This document shows, piece by piece, positions 1 to 9,690 of a stretch of 64,000 nt of DNA; position 1 is the stretch's first letter, and every line of letters starts with the position of its first letter. A program made the position numbers and the translations under genes. Source of the DNA: a virus (lineage: Duplodnaviria > Caudoviricetes); IMG/VR virus record IMGVR_UViG_3300028048_000057, positions 1 through 64,000 of that record; one strand, 5' to 3'. A model generated the notes under the pieces. That model had not been told where the DNA came from. It saw only the letters and a list, made by a program, of their open reading frames with translations, and made no database searches.

Positions 1-1
1 T

Positions 2-1663
2 GGAAGCATTGATGCTTATACTAAAGAAGAGACTAATGCATTATTATCTAATAAAGTTGACAAAGTTTCTGGTATGGGTTTATCTCATAATGATTTTACA
101 GATAGTGATAAATTAAAATTAGATGCAACATATATATCTAGTGAAGTTGATGCTTTAATTCAAGCCGAAACTGAAAGAGCAACAGGTGTTGAAGAAAGTC
201 TTGAAGATAGCATTGAAGCAATTAAAGATTTAATTCCTGCTCAAGCAAGTCCTAGTAATAAATTAACAGATAAAGACTTTGTTAATAGTTCTATTGCTAC
301 TAACACTGCTTACTTTTTAGGTACTTATAATGTAGTAACAGATTTAGGATTAACTATAGATGCAACACATACTCAAGTTGCAGAAGCACTTTCTTTAATT
401 TTTTCAGAAAGTGGAGCATCTATTCCATCTAATAATGATTATGTGTTTGTAAGTTATCCAGATGCTACAATTCCTACTCAATTTACTAAATTTGAAAGAT
501 ATAAATATAACAGTGAAGAACTTAGTTGGGCATTTGAATATGAATTAAATAATAGTTCATTTACAGCAGAACAATGGGCAGCAATTAATAGTGGTATTAC
601 TGCTGAACAAATTGCTAAGTTTGTAACAACCGATACAGAGCAAACTATTAGTGGTGTTAAGACATTTAGTAATGATATTCAAATAGGAATTGACAAAAAA
701 ATTAAGTGGTCTAATTCACAATATATAACAGGAAACAATAGCATTATTAGATTTATAAGTGATGCTATGAATATATTTATTGGAGAAAGTGCAGGTGGTT
801 TAATTCCTGTTCAAGTGGGAACTAAAATACCATCTCTTGGTAATTCAACAAATAAATGGCAAAACCTTTATCTATCTGGTATTATCTCTGATGGCACTAA
901 CTCTGTTACTGTTGCTGATATTTCTAATGGTTTGTTTAATGTCATCAATGCTAATGAAATGACTGACAGCACACATTTTACACAAGCACAATACAATTTA
1001 ATTACTAATGGAAAACCTACAATGGTAAATGGTGTGTTATATGATATATATAATCCTGTTATTACGTCTTTACAAAATGTTGGTGGTAATTATTATGGTT
1101 TTGCCTTTGGCTGGTCAGGGACAAGTGGGACATATGAAGGATATTTAGTGCCTATCTCTATCATTACTTCTCAATTAAGAACACAAATTGACTCAAACCC
1201 AAGACTTACAACCTATATAAAAACAATAAATGGCAAAACCATCCCTGCCTACCAGTCCGACACCACTAAGCAATATAAATTCGTTCAACAAATAGGTGGA
1301 ACACTTGCCTATGTTGAAGATGTTCAAGGCGGAATGTCTGTTGATGACCAAACTGCAGAAGATTATGTAACATTAACTTCTACTAACTGGTCTAATTTAA
1401 AATCAAATCATTACTATACAGCGAGTGTGTCTGGTGGAACATTTGACCAAATAAAATTCTTCCCTGATGAAGAAGAAAGTAGATACAACTTATCTATAGA
1501 TGGAAACGATTATAATGTAAGATTATCTTTAAATAGCCCATCAGAAGCAAAAGGTATGTTTGTTATCAAAGAAAATGGACATGCTTATGAAATAACTATA
1601 TTTGTAAGTATGTCAGGTATTGCAAGTGCAGATATAGTATTAAGATGTGCAACAATTTATTAA
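2..1663 (+). CDS. Tail fibre/structural protein, 5'-truncated (frame open from window start)
   Basis: Frame of ORF 74..1663 is open back to base 2; fibre-like motifs (ETERATGVE coiled coil, FTAEQWAAINSGIT, QTISGVKTF, LGNSTNKWQNLY). Confidence 0.7.
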   Translation, partial: GSIDAYTKEETNALLSNKVDKVSGMGLSHNDFTDSDKLKLDATYISSEVDALIQAETERATGVEESLEDSIEAIKDLIPAQASPSNKLTDKDFVNSSIATNTAYFLGTYNVVTDLGLTIDATHTQVAEALSLIFSESGASIPSNNDYVFVSYPDATIPTQFTKFERYKYNSEELSWAFEYELNNSSFTAEQWAAINSGITAEQIAKFVTTDTEQTISGVKTFSNDIQIGIDKKIKWSNSQYITGNNSIIRFISDAMNIFIGESAGGLIPVQVGTKIPSLGNSTNKWQNLYLSGIISDGTNSVTVADISNGLFNVINANEMTDSTHFTQAQYNLITNGKPTMVNGVLYDIYNPVITSLQNVGGNYYGFAFGWSGTSGTYEGYLVPISIITSQLRTQIDSNPRLTTYIKTINGKTIPAYQSDTTKQYKFVQQIGGTLAYVEDVQGGMSVDDQTAEDYVTLTSTNWSNLKSNHYYTASVSGGTFDQIKFFPDEEESRYNLSIDGNDYNVRLSLNSPSEAKGMFVIKENGHAYEITIFVSMSGIASADIVLRCATIY

Positions 1664-1664
1664 T

Positions 1665-3653
1665 ATGAAACCAGTAATAAGAGAAATAGATAAAAAATAT
1701 ATAGAGGTTATCGGTCACTACGATAATCCTATTTTGTGTGCTAAACTAACTCTTATTGCAGATATGTTTGCTATAGAACATAAAAATGGATATGCAAAAT
1801 TTGATGTTAAAGATTACGATAAATTAAGTTTTATAGATGATAGATTAGAGTTTAGTGTTACAGATTTAACCAATACAAAATGGGTGTTTAATAATTCTAT
1901 ATCTTTAAGTTTTGGCCAATATAATATTAACTATGAATCAGATGGTAGTACATTTGATATATTAAATGTTACTTCCAGTTATTTGTCTTATGACTTAGCA
2001 GGTGACACTAGCCAACAAGCGTATTTTAACTCTGCTTGGACAAATCAAGCATATCGTATTATTGAAATCACAGGTGGAAATGATGTTACAAATTCAACTT
2101 TAATTCAATGGCTAGAAGCAAATGCAACTCAAGTTACTATTGATGATTTAACTGGAACAACTTGGTTATTTAATGATACTGTTAATATAGAAGGCTATGG
2201 AGGTAGTTGGGACATTATTTTTAACCATGGAGATGGAATGTATGTTGGAATAGGGATTCCTGGATATGTTATTGATTATAATACAAATGGAAATGACTAT
2301 ACTGCATATTATGATAATGCTTGGGTAGATGAGACCTATAAAACAATAGAAATAACAGGTGGAACTGATGTTACTAATGTTGAATTTATAGCCTGGTTAG
2401 AAGGAAATGCTACTCAGAGTATTGAACCTGTAGTTACAGATTTAACCAATACAAAGTGGTTAATAAAGAAACCTAGTGAATGGGTTAATCCTTTTAGTTC
2501 TGCTACTTCATTTAACCTTAATATTAACAATAAAATTACATGTGGTTCTTATGAAAGTGCTAATACTAACAATATTAGGGGTGTATTTAAATATTTTGGT
2601 ACTATATTAGCAATGTATATTAATAATTCAGATGATACTAACTATCCAAATATTAATATAACATTTGTGGATTATCCAGATGGGGAAGGGGAAGATTCAT
2701 TTGATGTTTCTCATAGTAGTACTAGTGGTGGTGAATATACTAGTTTAGGAGATTTAGAAACTATTTTAGAAATAACTACAGGTGATGATGTAACTAATCA
2801 AAATCTTATTACTTTTTTAGAAACAAATGCAACCCAAATATTACCAACATTTACTTCATCTTTTAATGATATGTCTGTTACAAATGATAATGGCTTTATT
2901 AATTTAAGATTTAAAGATGTTAATTATAAATTAGAAAAAGCAAGCATAACCACTCTTGCTAATACTAGATGGATATTGAATAAAGATATTTTATATGCAC
3001 CAAGCAGTCAAATTTCTTTTACAATAAATGGTAAAATAGATGATGTTGATTTTACTGTTGGAGCAGTTAGTGGTGATTCTAGTACTTCTTCTGCGGTATT
3101 AATTTTAGCACATAATGAATCAGGATATGTAGGAATTTATATGTATCATAACAACTCTATACAATATAAACACAATGCAACTCCTAATTCTATTATTACC
3201 TTTACAGATGGTACTGATATAGCAAATGTTGATTTAATTAATTGGTTAAGTAAAAATGCTACTATGATAGTAGAAGATAATAATGTTAGTGATTCTTCAT
3301 TTAATCAAATAAAAATAAATGGTAATGTTTTATCTATAAATGATTTTAATTATGCTTTATCTATTATTGGAGAATCTTCAGTAAGTGATAGTAATAATTC
3401 TTCATTTAAATCCTTTAATTTAACAGATAATGGAGATGGAACTATTACTTTAACTTTAGGAGATAATTCTATAACTGTAAAAGAGTATGTATTTGGATTA
3501 CAAAGTTCAGATAATTATACCTTAATAGATGCAAATGATAATATATTATTAGCAAAAGAAGAAAGTTTATGGGATTATAATTTAGTTGGAAGAACTTTAT
3601 ATATAGAAAATAGCAGATATGAAGTAAATGGAAGCGAGGTAATATTAAAATGA
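1665..3653 (+). CDS. Fibre/receptor-binding protein with four TDLTNTKW...WLxxNATQ modules
   Basis: ORF 1647..3653, ATG at 1665 follows the upstream stop; four internal repeats; lies in fibre cluster. Confidence 0.6.
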   Translation: MKPVIREIDKKYIEVIGHYDNPILCAKLTLIADMFAIEHKNGYAKFDVKDYDKLSFIDDRLEFSVTDLTNTKWVFNNSISLSFGQYNINYESDGSTFDILNVTSSYLSYDLAGDTSQQAYFNSAWTNQAYRIIEITGGNDVTNSTLIQWLEANATQVTIDDLTGTTWLFNDTVNIEGYGGSWDIIFNHGDGMYVGIGIPGYVIDYNTNGNDYTAYYDNAWVDETYKTIEITGGTDVTNVEFIAWLEGNATQSIEPVVTDLTNTKWLIKKPSEWVNPFSSATSFNLNINNKITCGSYESANTNNIRGVFKYFGTILAMYINNSDDTNYPNINITFVDYPDGEGEDSFDVSHSSTSGGEYTSLGDLETILEITTGDDVTNQNLITFLETNATQILPTFTSSFNDMSVTNDNGFINLRFKDVNYKLEKASITTLANTRWILNKDILYAPSSQISFTINGKIDDVDFTVGAVSGDSSTSSAVLILAHNESGYVGIYMYHNNSIQYKHNATPNSIITFTDGTDIANVDLINWLSKNATMIVEDNNVSDSSFNQIKINGNVLSINDFNYALSIIGESSVSDSNNSSFKSFNLTDNGDGTITLTLGDNSITVKEYVFGLQSSDNYTLIDANDNILLAKEESLWDYNLVGRTLYIENSRYEVNGSEVILK

Positions 3654-4903
3654 GTGTAGATATTAAATTAGGAAATGATATCATAAATGGAGTTAATTAT
3701 CTAAAGGTTAAAAATGCAAATAATCCTAATGAATTAATCACTTTTGCACCAACACCTTTTGATTTGAATATTCATTATTCAAGTACAACTCCACCAGAAG
3801 ACACTTCAAAATTATGGGTAAAGACAGATAATGAACCTGAAAAAGTATTAGTAGAAAAAAGTTTTAATGTAAATGAACCAAATGAAGTAGAATCTATAAC
3901 TAGTATATCTTTATATGATGGCGTGTGTGGAACAGGTAGATATGGGGATTATATTTATATATTCACAAGAGGGAATGGCCAATATATTAAAAAATATAAT
4001 ATTTTAACTGGGGCATTGACTAATTCATCTGCTCAAGTTACTAATGCTCCTAGTGACCTATTCTGTTCAACTGTCTATAAAAATTTTCTTTATATATTTG
4101 CTACAGACTATTCTTATAAGTTTGATATGAGTACAGAAACACTTACTTCAATTAATTATACAGGAAGTTTTTTAAGGTATGCAGCCTGTTCTTGTGTAGG
4201 GGACTATATATATATTTTCCCAGGAGGTAGTAGTAATAATTACTACAGAATAGTTAGAAAATTTAACCCAGCAACCGACACTGATGAAACTATTCAAGGG
4301 GCTCTTTTAGCCTTTAATGGTAATGCCAGAAGTACTTGTGTTGTTGGTACTGACATTTATGTCTTTGGTGGAGAGTATAGTTATTATAGTAACCCTGTTG
4401 TTTACTATAATACTATTCAAAAATTTGATACAACCACAAATATTGTTAGCACTTTAAGTGTTACTTTACCTACTGTAGCTGCTCACATTACTAGTTCAGC
4501 CATAGGAACAGATATATATTTATTTGGTGGTCAAACAAGTGGGGCTACTTTAAATACAATCTTAAAGTTTGACTCTATTAATGAAACTATAACCACATTA
4601 TCTCAAACTTTGGTAGCTGCAAAGGTATTTATGTCCCCTATAACTATAGGAACAGATATATATTTATTTGGTGGAAGTTCATTTACAGGGTTTCAATTCT
4701 TTTCTACAGTTCTTACTCTGATTCAAAATTATATGTTAATAGTAGATAGTGGATATCAAAAATCATTTGAATTTTTCTCTTCTAATTTCTTAGATGTAAG
4801 AGTTTATCCACAGTCGGTTTATCTAGGAGATTCTAATAATGAAGCACAAAAGGTAGATGCAGCACTTTATAATTCATCTACTCAGACATGGGAAAATATT
4901 TAA
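3650..4903 (+). CDS. Kelch-repeat beta-propeller virion protein
   Basis: Repeated IYxFGG motifs with downstream KFD; N-terminal PPEDTSKLW linker; near-identical DNA at ~4502 and ~4646. Confidence 0.75.
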   Translation: MSVDIKLGNDIINGVNYLKVKNANNPNELITFAPTPFDLNIHYSSTTPPEDTSKLWVKTDNEPEKVLVEKSFNVNEPNEVESITSISLYDGVCGTGRYGDYIYIFTRGNGQYIKKYNILTGALTNSSAQVTNAPSDLFCSTVYKNFLYIFATDYSYKFDMSTETLTSINYTGSFLRYAACSCVGDYIYIFPGGSSNNYYRIVRKFNPATDTDETIQGALLAFNGNARSTCVVGTDIYVFGGEYSYYSNPVVYYNTIQKFDTTTNIVSTLSVTLPTVAAHITSSAIGTDIYLFGGQTSGATLNTILKFDSINETITTLSQTLVAAKVFMSPITIGTDIYLFGGSSFTGFQFFSTVLTLIQNYMLIVDSGYQKSFEFFSSNFLDVRVYPQSVYLGDSNNEAQKVDAALYNSSTQTWENI

Positions 4904-4919
4904 AAGGAGAAAATAAAAT

Positions 4920-5693
4920 ATGGCAAATTATCAATTAACACAAACTGGAGCACAAATTCAAAAAGACTTAGATTTAACTGAACATATACAACCAGAATTT
5001 TCTAGTTCTTCTACTTATGCAGTAGGAGATTTAGTTACATATAATGGCTATCTTTTTAAATGTATTGTTGCAGTTACTACTGCAGGGGCTTGGACAGGAA
5101 ATACTAACTGGGCTATTACCACACTTAAAGAAGAATTAGCAGGAGCAGGAAATTCTTATACAGCAGGTACAGGCATTGATATAACTTCAAATGTAATAAA
5201 ATGTACAGGAGTAGAATATTTAACAACTGCACCTAGTTCAGATAATGTTAGTGGTGCTTTAAAATTTGTAGTTTTAGATACTGAACCAGCAACAAAATAT
5301 GAAGGATATATTTATATCATTACAGCATCTAATTCTACTCCTACAGTTGGGTATAGTGGAAATATTGATGTTAGTGAACAACTTACAGTAGGGTATACTG
5401 GAGAAACTTATATAAAATTTGATAGTGCTCCAACTTCTAGTAGTGACTATGATTTCCATTGCCTATTCACTGGTGCAATCTTTGATAGTAATGGTGAAGT
5501 TTCTTCTCCAACCTATATAAACAAGACAAAAGTTTATGTTTGGAGTAATAATGGCAGAACAGGAGGGGTAATTATCAATGGTTTTACAACATCTGTTAGT
5601 TCAACAACCTATCAAGAAGCAGTTGAAGTCACTTTAACTGGTAATTATGATATCTCAATGATTTTTAGCAGAAGTGGAGGTTCTAATGACTAA
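4920..5693 (+). CDS. Fibre-associated protein with CBM5/12-like carbohydrate-binding motif
   Basis: STYAVGDLVTYNGYLFKC...W...W motif; YTAGTGIDIT fibre motif; AAGGAG RBS. Confidence 0.55.
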   Translation: MANYQLTQTGAQIQKDLDLTEHIQPEFSSSSTYAVGDLVTYNGYLFKCIVAVTTAGAWTGNTNWAITTLKEELAGAGNSYTAGTGIDITSNVIKCTGVEYLTTAPSSDNVSGALKFVVLDTEPATKYEGYIYIITASNSTPTVGYSGNIDVSEQLTVGYTGETYIKFDSAPTSSSDYDFHCLFTGAIFDSNGEVSSPTYINKTKVYVWSNNGRTGGVIINGFTTSVSSTTYQEAVEVTLTGNYDISMIFSRSGGSND

Positions 5694-6784
5694 TGGCAAT
5701 ATCACCATTACAAAAAGTTATGACAATTAATTACAGTGAGCCCGAATCATTAGCAATTTCTGATTTAACCAATACAAAGTGGATATTAAGTGATACTCCA
5801 AACGTAAACACTGGATTAGGATATTCAATTAACTTTACGTCAAACAACGAAAGCTTTACAACGTTTACACTATATGAACTTAAGAACAGAATTACTTATG
5901 GTACTACACAAGTATACAATAGTTCATGGTCTAATCAAGCATATCGCACTATTGAAATTACAGGTGGTATTGATGTTACTAATGCTGATTTAATAGCATG
6001 GTTATCAAGTAATGCAACACAAGTGATTGAACCAGAACCACCAACCCCAGGAAGTGGAAGTATAACGTTAGGTAATTTACCTATCTCTAAAATATTCTTT
6101 GGTTCTAATGAAGTATCTAAAGTATTTTTAGGTTCCTTAGAAATATATGATGAAGAGCCTGAACCAGTTATTACAGATTTAACAAATACAGTTTGGAGAA
6201 TTAAAAAGCCAAGTGAATTATCAAAATTACCTGGAATGACTTTTGAAAGTGATTTCTATGTATCTACAAAAATAACATATAGTAATTATGTTTCAAATAT
6301 TTCTACTTATTTGAGTTTTACTCCTTCTCCTTCAACAAACGGAATTATAATAATTCAATATCCAACTGGTTCTTCTGGAATTTATCCCCGTTTTACGATA
6401 GTTGGTTTAGGAGGAACTAACTATTATGTTTCATATATACCATCTTATACTGGAACTCCTACTACTTTAGGTGATGTTGAATGCACACTTGAAATCACTG
6501 GTGGCACTGATACAACTAACCAAACTCTTATCGATTGGTTATTAGCAAATGCTACTCAAGTAAATTTAATTAGTTTTACTATTGGTGGAATATCTTATAC
6601 AGCAGAAGAAGGTATGACTTGGTATGAATGGTGTGACAGTGAATATAATACATTTGGCTTGTCATGTGAAGATGATGAAACTTCCCCTTATTCTGCAAGT
6701 GGATATATTCCAGATGTTGTTGGAGGCGATACAATAGTAGATGGTGCAAATTATGTGTTTAATGCAGGTGGAAGCAACGATTAA
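5693..6784 (+). CDS. Fibre-associated protein with two TDLTNTxW...WLxxNATQ modules
   Basis: Same module as 1665..3653; TAATG coupling to the upstream gene. Confidence 0.6.
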   Translation: MAISPLQKVMTINYSEPESLAISDLTNTKWILSDTPNVNTGLGYSINFTSNNESFTTFTLYELKNRITYGTTQVYNSSWSNQAYRTIEITGGIDVTNADLIAWLSSNATQVIEPEPPTPGSGSITLGNLPISKIFFGSNEVSKVFLGSLEIYDEEPEPVITDLTNTVWRIKKPSELSKLPGMTFESDFYVSTKITYSNYVSNISTYLSFTPSPSTNGIIIIQYPTGSSGIYPRFTIVGLGGTNYYVSYIPSYTGTPTTLGDVECTLEITGGTDTTNQTLIDWLLANATQVNLISFTIGGISYTAEEGMTWYEWCDSEYNTFGLSCEDDETSPYSASGYIPDVVGGDTIVDGANYVFNAGGSND

Positions 6785-6824
6785 TTATATAATTTAATTA
6801 GATAAAAATAATATTGAAAATATT

Positions 6825-6857
6825 ATATAAGAGTCCATAATGACTCTTATATTTTTT
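6825..6857 (+). terminator. Intrinsic terminator
   Basis: ATATAAGAGTC-cataat-GACTCTTATAT followed by T-run. Confidence 0.8.
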
Positions 6858-6865
6858 GCTAAATT
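6857..6865 (+). promoter_or_regulatory. Putative late promoter TGCTAAATT
   Basis: Recurrent intergenic motif, upstream of 6882. Confidence 0.7.
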
Positions 6866-6881
6866 TAAAGAGGATTAATAC

Positions 6882-7337
6882 ATGTCAAATAAATTATTAG
6901 ATATTAATACATTAAATGCTATTAAAACTTACATAAATAATGGTTCTGTACATACAATCATGAATGCTTCTTCAGTAGCAGGAAGCACTACTTCAGGTTC
7001 TCAAAAATCAGTAAGGTGGTATGTTTCAGGTGTTGATGGCATAACAAATCCTACTAATGGAATGAAAATAGCAATTAAAATACCATTATCAGGAAATTCT
7101 TCTGGAGTAGCACTTAGTTTAAATGGAAATGTTAAGGCTAATTATCATCCAGTTTTATATAATGCTTCAACATTATCTTCACAATATTCTGAAGGTTTAA
7201 TAAAAGTACTAATCTATGATGAATCACAATCTGCAAATATTTATTTAGATTCTGGAGTAAGTGTATCAGTTACAGGATGTTGGAAATGTGAAGGAGATTA
7301 TACTATAGATGCTCCTCAAATAAAAAGATATATTTAA
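6882..7337 (+). CDS. Small fibre-type structural protein
   Basis: N-terminus KLLDINTLNAIKTYI resembles 28763; DGITNPTNGMKIAIK...LIYD resembles the N-domain of 11341. Confidence 0.55.
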   Translation: MSNKLLDINTLNAIKTYINNGSVHTIMNASSVAGSTTSGSQKSVRWYVSGVDGITNPTNGMKIAIKIPLSGNSSGVALSLNGNVKANYHPVLYNASTLSSQYSEGLIKVLIYDESQSANIYLDSGVSVSVTGCWKCEGDYTIDAPQIKRYI

Positions 7338-7349
7338 TGGAGGTTTACT

Positions 7350-9656
7350 ATGCGAGTAAGATATGGTAAACCTATTAAAGTAAAGAGTTTAGCAGGAGAC
7401 CAAACACATATTACTAAAGGCTCTTCATATACTTGGGTAGGGCTTAAGAATAATTATTTTGGTAATATGAATAGTGGTACTAATATTATTTGTCCTATAG
7501 TTAGTGGCAATAGATATTTTTATGCTATTCATTGTCCTACACATGATTTAAGTTCATACAATCCAGCATTTGGTCAAACAGGTAGTCAAAGTTATAATGC
7601 TGGTCAATTAGTTTCACTAGGAAATAGTTGGTATGGATTAGCATTTACTTCAACTAGAAATATAGAGACCTTTAATGGTATTGGAATATATTATTCTTGG
7701 ACTGAAATTTTTGATTCAATGACTATAGATGCTTATTTTATATTAGATTTAACAAATACAGATTTAGAAAATTTAACAACAGTACAATTAAATAAATATA
7801 ATAAATATTTTCCTCTTATTGCCACAGGTGAAGAAATTACTATTGATGATAAAGCAGGACAAATCCCCACTACTAAACTACCTAGTGAATATCAGCAATT
7901 AGAGTATATACAAAATAGTGGTTCTCAATATTTAAATTTAAATTTTGTACCTAATGATGGAGCAGAATGGGCTTATGAATTAAAATGGATGGATATCTCT
8001 GCTTCAGGCTCTAACTATGTTATGGGAAGTAGAGTAAGTTCATCAACTATTTATTTTGGTATGTCAGGTGCTTCTGCTACATTATCAATGGGAATATCAA
8101 ACCATAACTTATCAGTTTCAAACTATCGCTTGGCCAATAGATTATATTTAAACTATGCATCATACTTTGGCACTAATGAAGGTACTAGTAAATTAATAAA
8201 TCTTACAGATGGAGATTCTTATACAGGAACTCAAACAGCATCACTTACATCTGCTTCTGCCTCAGTTTGTTTATTTGCTTTGAGGTCAGGAAATGTGCAT
8301 AGTGGAATGCGTGTGTATTATTTAAAAGTATGGCGTAATAATATATTATATAGAAACTTAGTTCCATGTTATAGAAAATCAGATAATGTAATAGGAATGT
8401 ATGATTTAGTAGGAAGAACATTATATACTAATTCTGGAAGTGGTAAATTTACAAAAGGAAATAATGTAAATGATACTATTTCTTGTAAAATTTCTGGTGG
8501 TAGTAGTGATATTTATTATGGATATAATCAGATTTTTACTCCTTCACATTATTCAGGTGGTTATGTGGGCAATGGAACTATTACAGAGAGTGTTGAAAAT
8601 AATAGAATTATTTATACTTATACTTTTGGCTCAACTATCTCATCAACTGCTTATACAAATGTGATATTAAATATCTCTCAAGCACCTATATCAAATCACA
8701 AATATTATTATAGAATCTCTATAAAAGCACCTAGAATAGGAAGATTTTATGTGAGAGGAGGATTAAGTAATATTAATATATCAGAAATAAATACATGGAC
8801 AACAAGTGAAAAAATTACTGGTCCGTGGAGTGATACTAATTCTTGGTATGTAGGCCCAAATAATCCATCATCTCAAGGGTATCAAGAGGGAGATTCTTAT
8901 CAAGCAATTATAAATTGTATAGACCTCACAGAATGGTTTGGTGAAGGCAAAGAACCTACCACAGTTCAAGAATTTAAAGAAAAATTTACTAAAGAATATT
9001 ATGGTTTCTGTCCAACACCTATTAAATTAACTAGATATCAAATAGAAGCATTACCTAGTTATGGATATAATCAGTTATGTAAAAATGGAGATTTTTCAAA
9101 TGGAACTACTGATTGGCAAAGAGTGGGAGAAGGAACAATTTCTAACGATAATGGTAAAATGAAATTAACAATATCTGGCTGGAAGGCTTATTCTTCTGTT
9201 GGAACCAATAGCAGTATTACTTATATAGAAGGTCATAAATATTTATTTAGAATTAAAAATATCGATTTAACAAATCTTGATTGTTCTTCTATTTGGACAA
9301 CAAATTTCGAATTAACTATTATTGCAGGAACTTCAAATAATCAATGGGTTGAAAGAATTTACAATAAAGTGCAACCTCCACTTAATATTAATTATGAAAA
9401 GATATTAACATGTTCTTCTGGTTCTTCTTGGAAATCTGGTAATGGTATTGGTGTTTATGTATATGGCAAAGTAAATAGTTGGTCTGGATATATTACAATT
9501 GATAGTGCTCAAGTAATTGACCTAACAGATTGGTATGGAGCAGGAAATGAACCAACAACAATAGAAGAATTTAAAGCAACTTTCCCAAATAAATATTATC
9601 CATATAGTAAAAAAACACTATTAAATAAATATATGATAAATAAACTAGTCAGTTGA
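7350..9656 (+). CDS. Multi-domain tail/receptor-binding protein with lectin/CBM-like domains
   Basis: Two IDLTxWxGxGxEPTT motifs; LEYIQNSGSQY...LVPCYRKSDNVIGMYDLV; KNGDFSNGTTDW CBM-like start. Confidence 0.6.
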   Translation: MRVRYGKPIKVKSLAGDQTHITKGSSYTWVGLKNNYFGNMNSGTNIICPIVSGNRYFYAIHCPTHDLSSYNPAFGQTGSQSYNAGQLVSLGNSWYGLAFTSTRNIETFNGIGIYYSWTEIFDSMTIDAYFILDLTNTDLENLTTVQLNKYNKYFPLIATGEEITIDDKAGQIPTTKLPSEYQQLEYIQNSGSQYLNLNFVPNDGAEWAYELKWMDISASGSNYVMGSRVSSSTIYFGMSGASATLSMGISNHNLSVSNYRLANRLYLNYASYFGTNEGTSKLINLTDGDSYTGTQTASLTSASASVCLFALRSGNVHSGMRVYYLKVWRNNILYRNLVPCYRKSDNVIGMYDLVGRTLYTNSGSGKFTKGNNVNDTISCKISGGSSDIYYGYNQIFTPSHYSGGYVGNGTITESVENNRIIYTYTFGSTISSTAYTNVILNISQAPISNHKYYYRISIKAPRIGRFYVRGGLSNINISEINTWTTSEKITGPWSDTNSWYVGPNNPSSQGYQEGDSYQAIINCIDLTEWFGEGKEPTTVQEFKEKFTKEYYGFCPTPIKLTRYQIEALPSYGYNQLCKNGDFSNGTTDWQRVGEGTISNDNGKMKLTISGWKAYSSVGTNSSITYIEGHKYLFRIKNIDLTNLDCSSIWTTNFELTIIAGTSNNQWVERIYNKVQPPLNINYEKILTCSSGSSWKSGNGIGVYVYGKVNSWSGYITIDSAQVIDLTDWYGAGNEPTTIEEFKATFPNKYYPYSKKTLLNKYMINKLVS

Positions 9657-9664
9657 GAAAAAGA

Positions 9665-9673
9665 TGCTAAATT
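9665..9673 (+). promoter_or_regulatory. Putative late promoter TGCTAAATT
   Basis: Recurrent motif upstream of 9691. Confidence 0.65.
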
Positions 9674-9690
9674 AAGAGAGGATAATTTAA

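Noticed and set aside
1858-9600. Diversity-generating retroelement or invertible shufflon behind the fibre repeats
   Set aside because: No reverse transcriptase, no template/variable pair with adenine-specific differences, no invertase or inverted cassettes in the window
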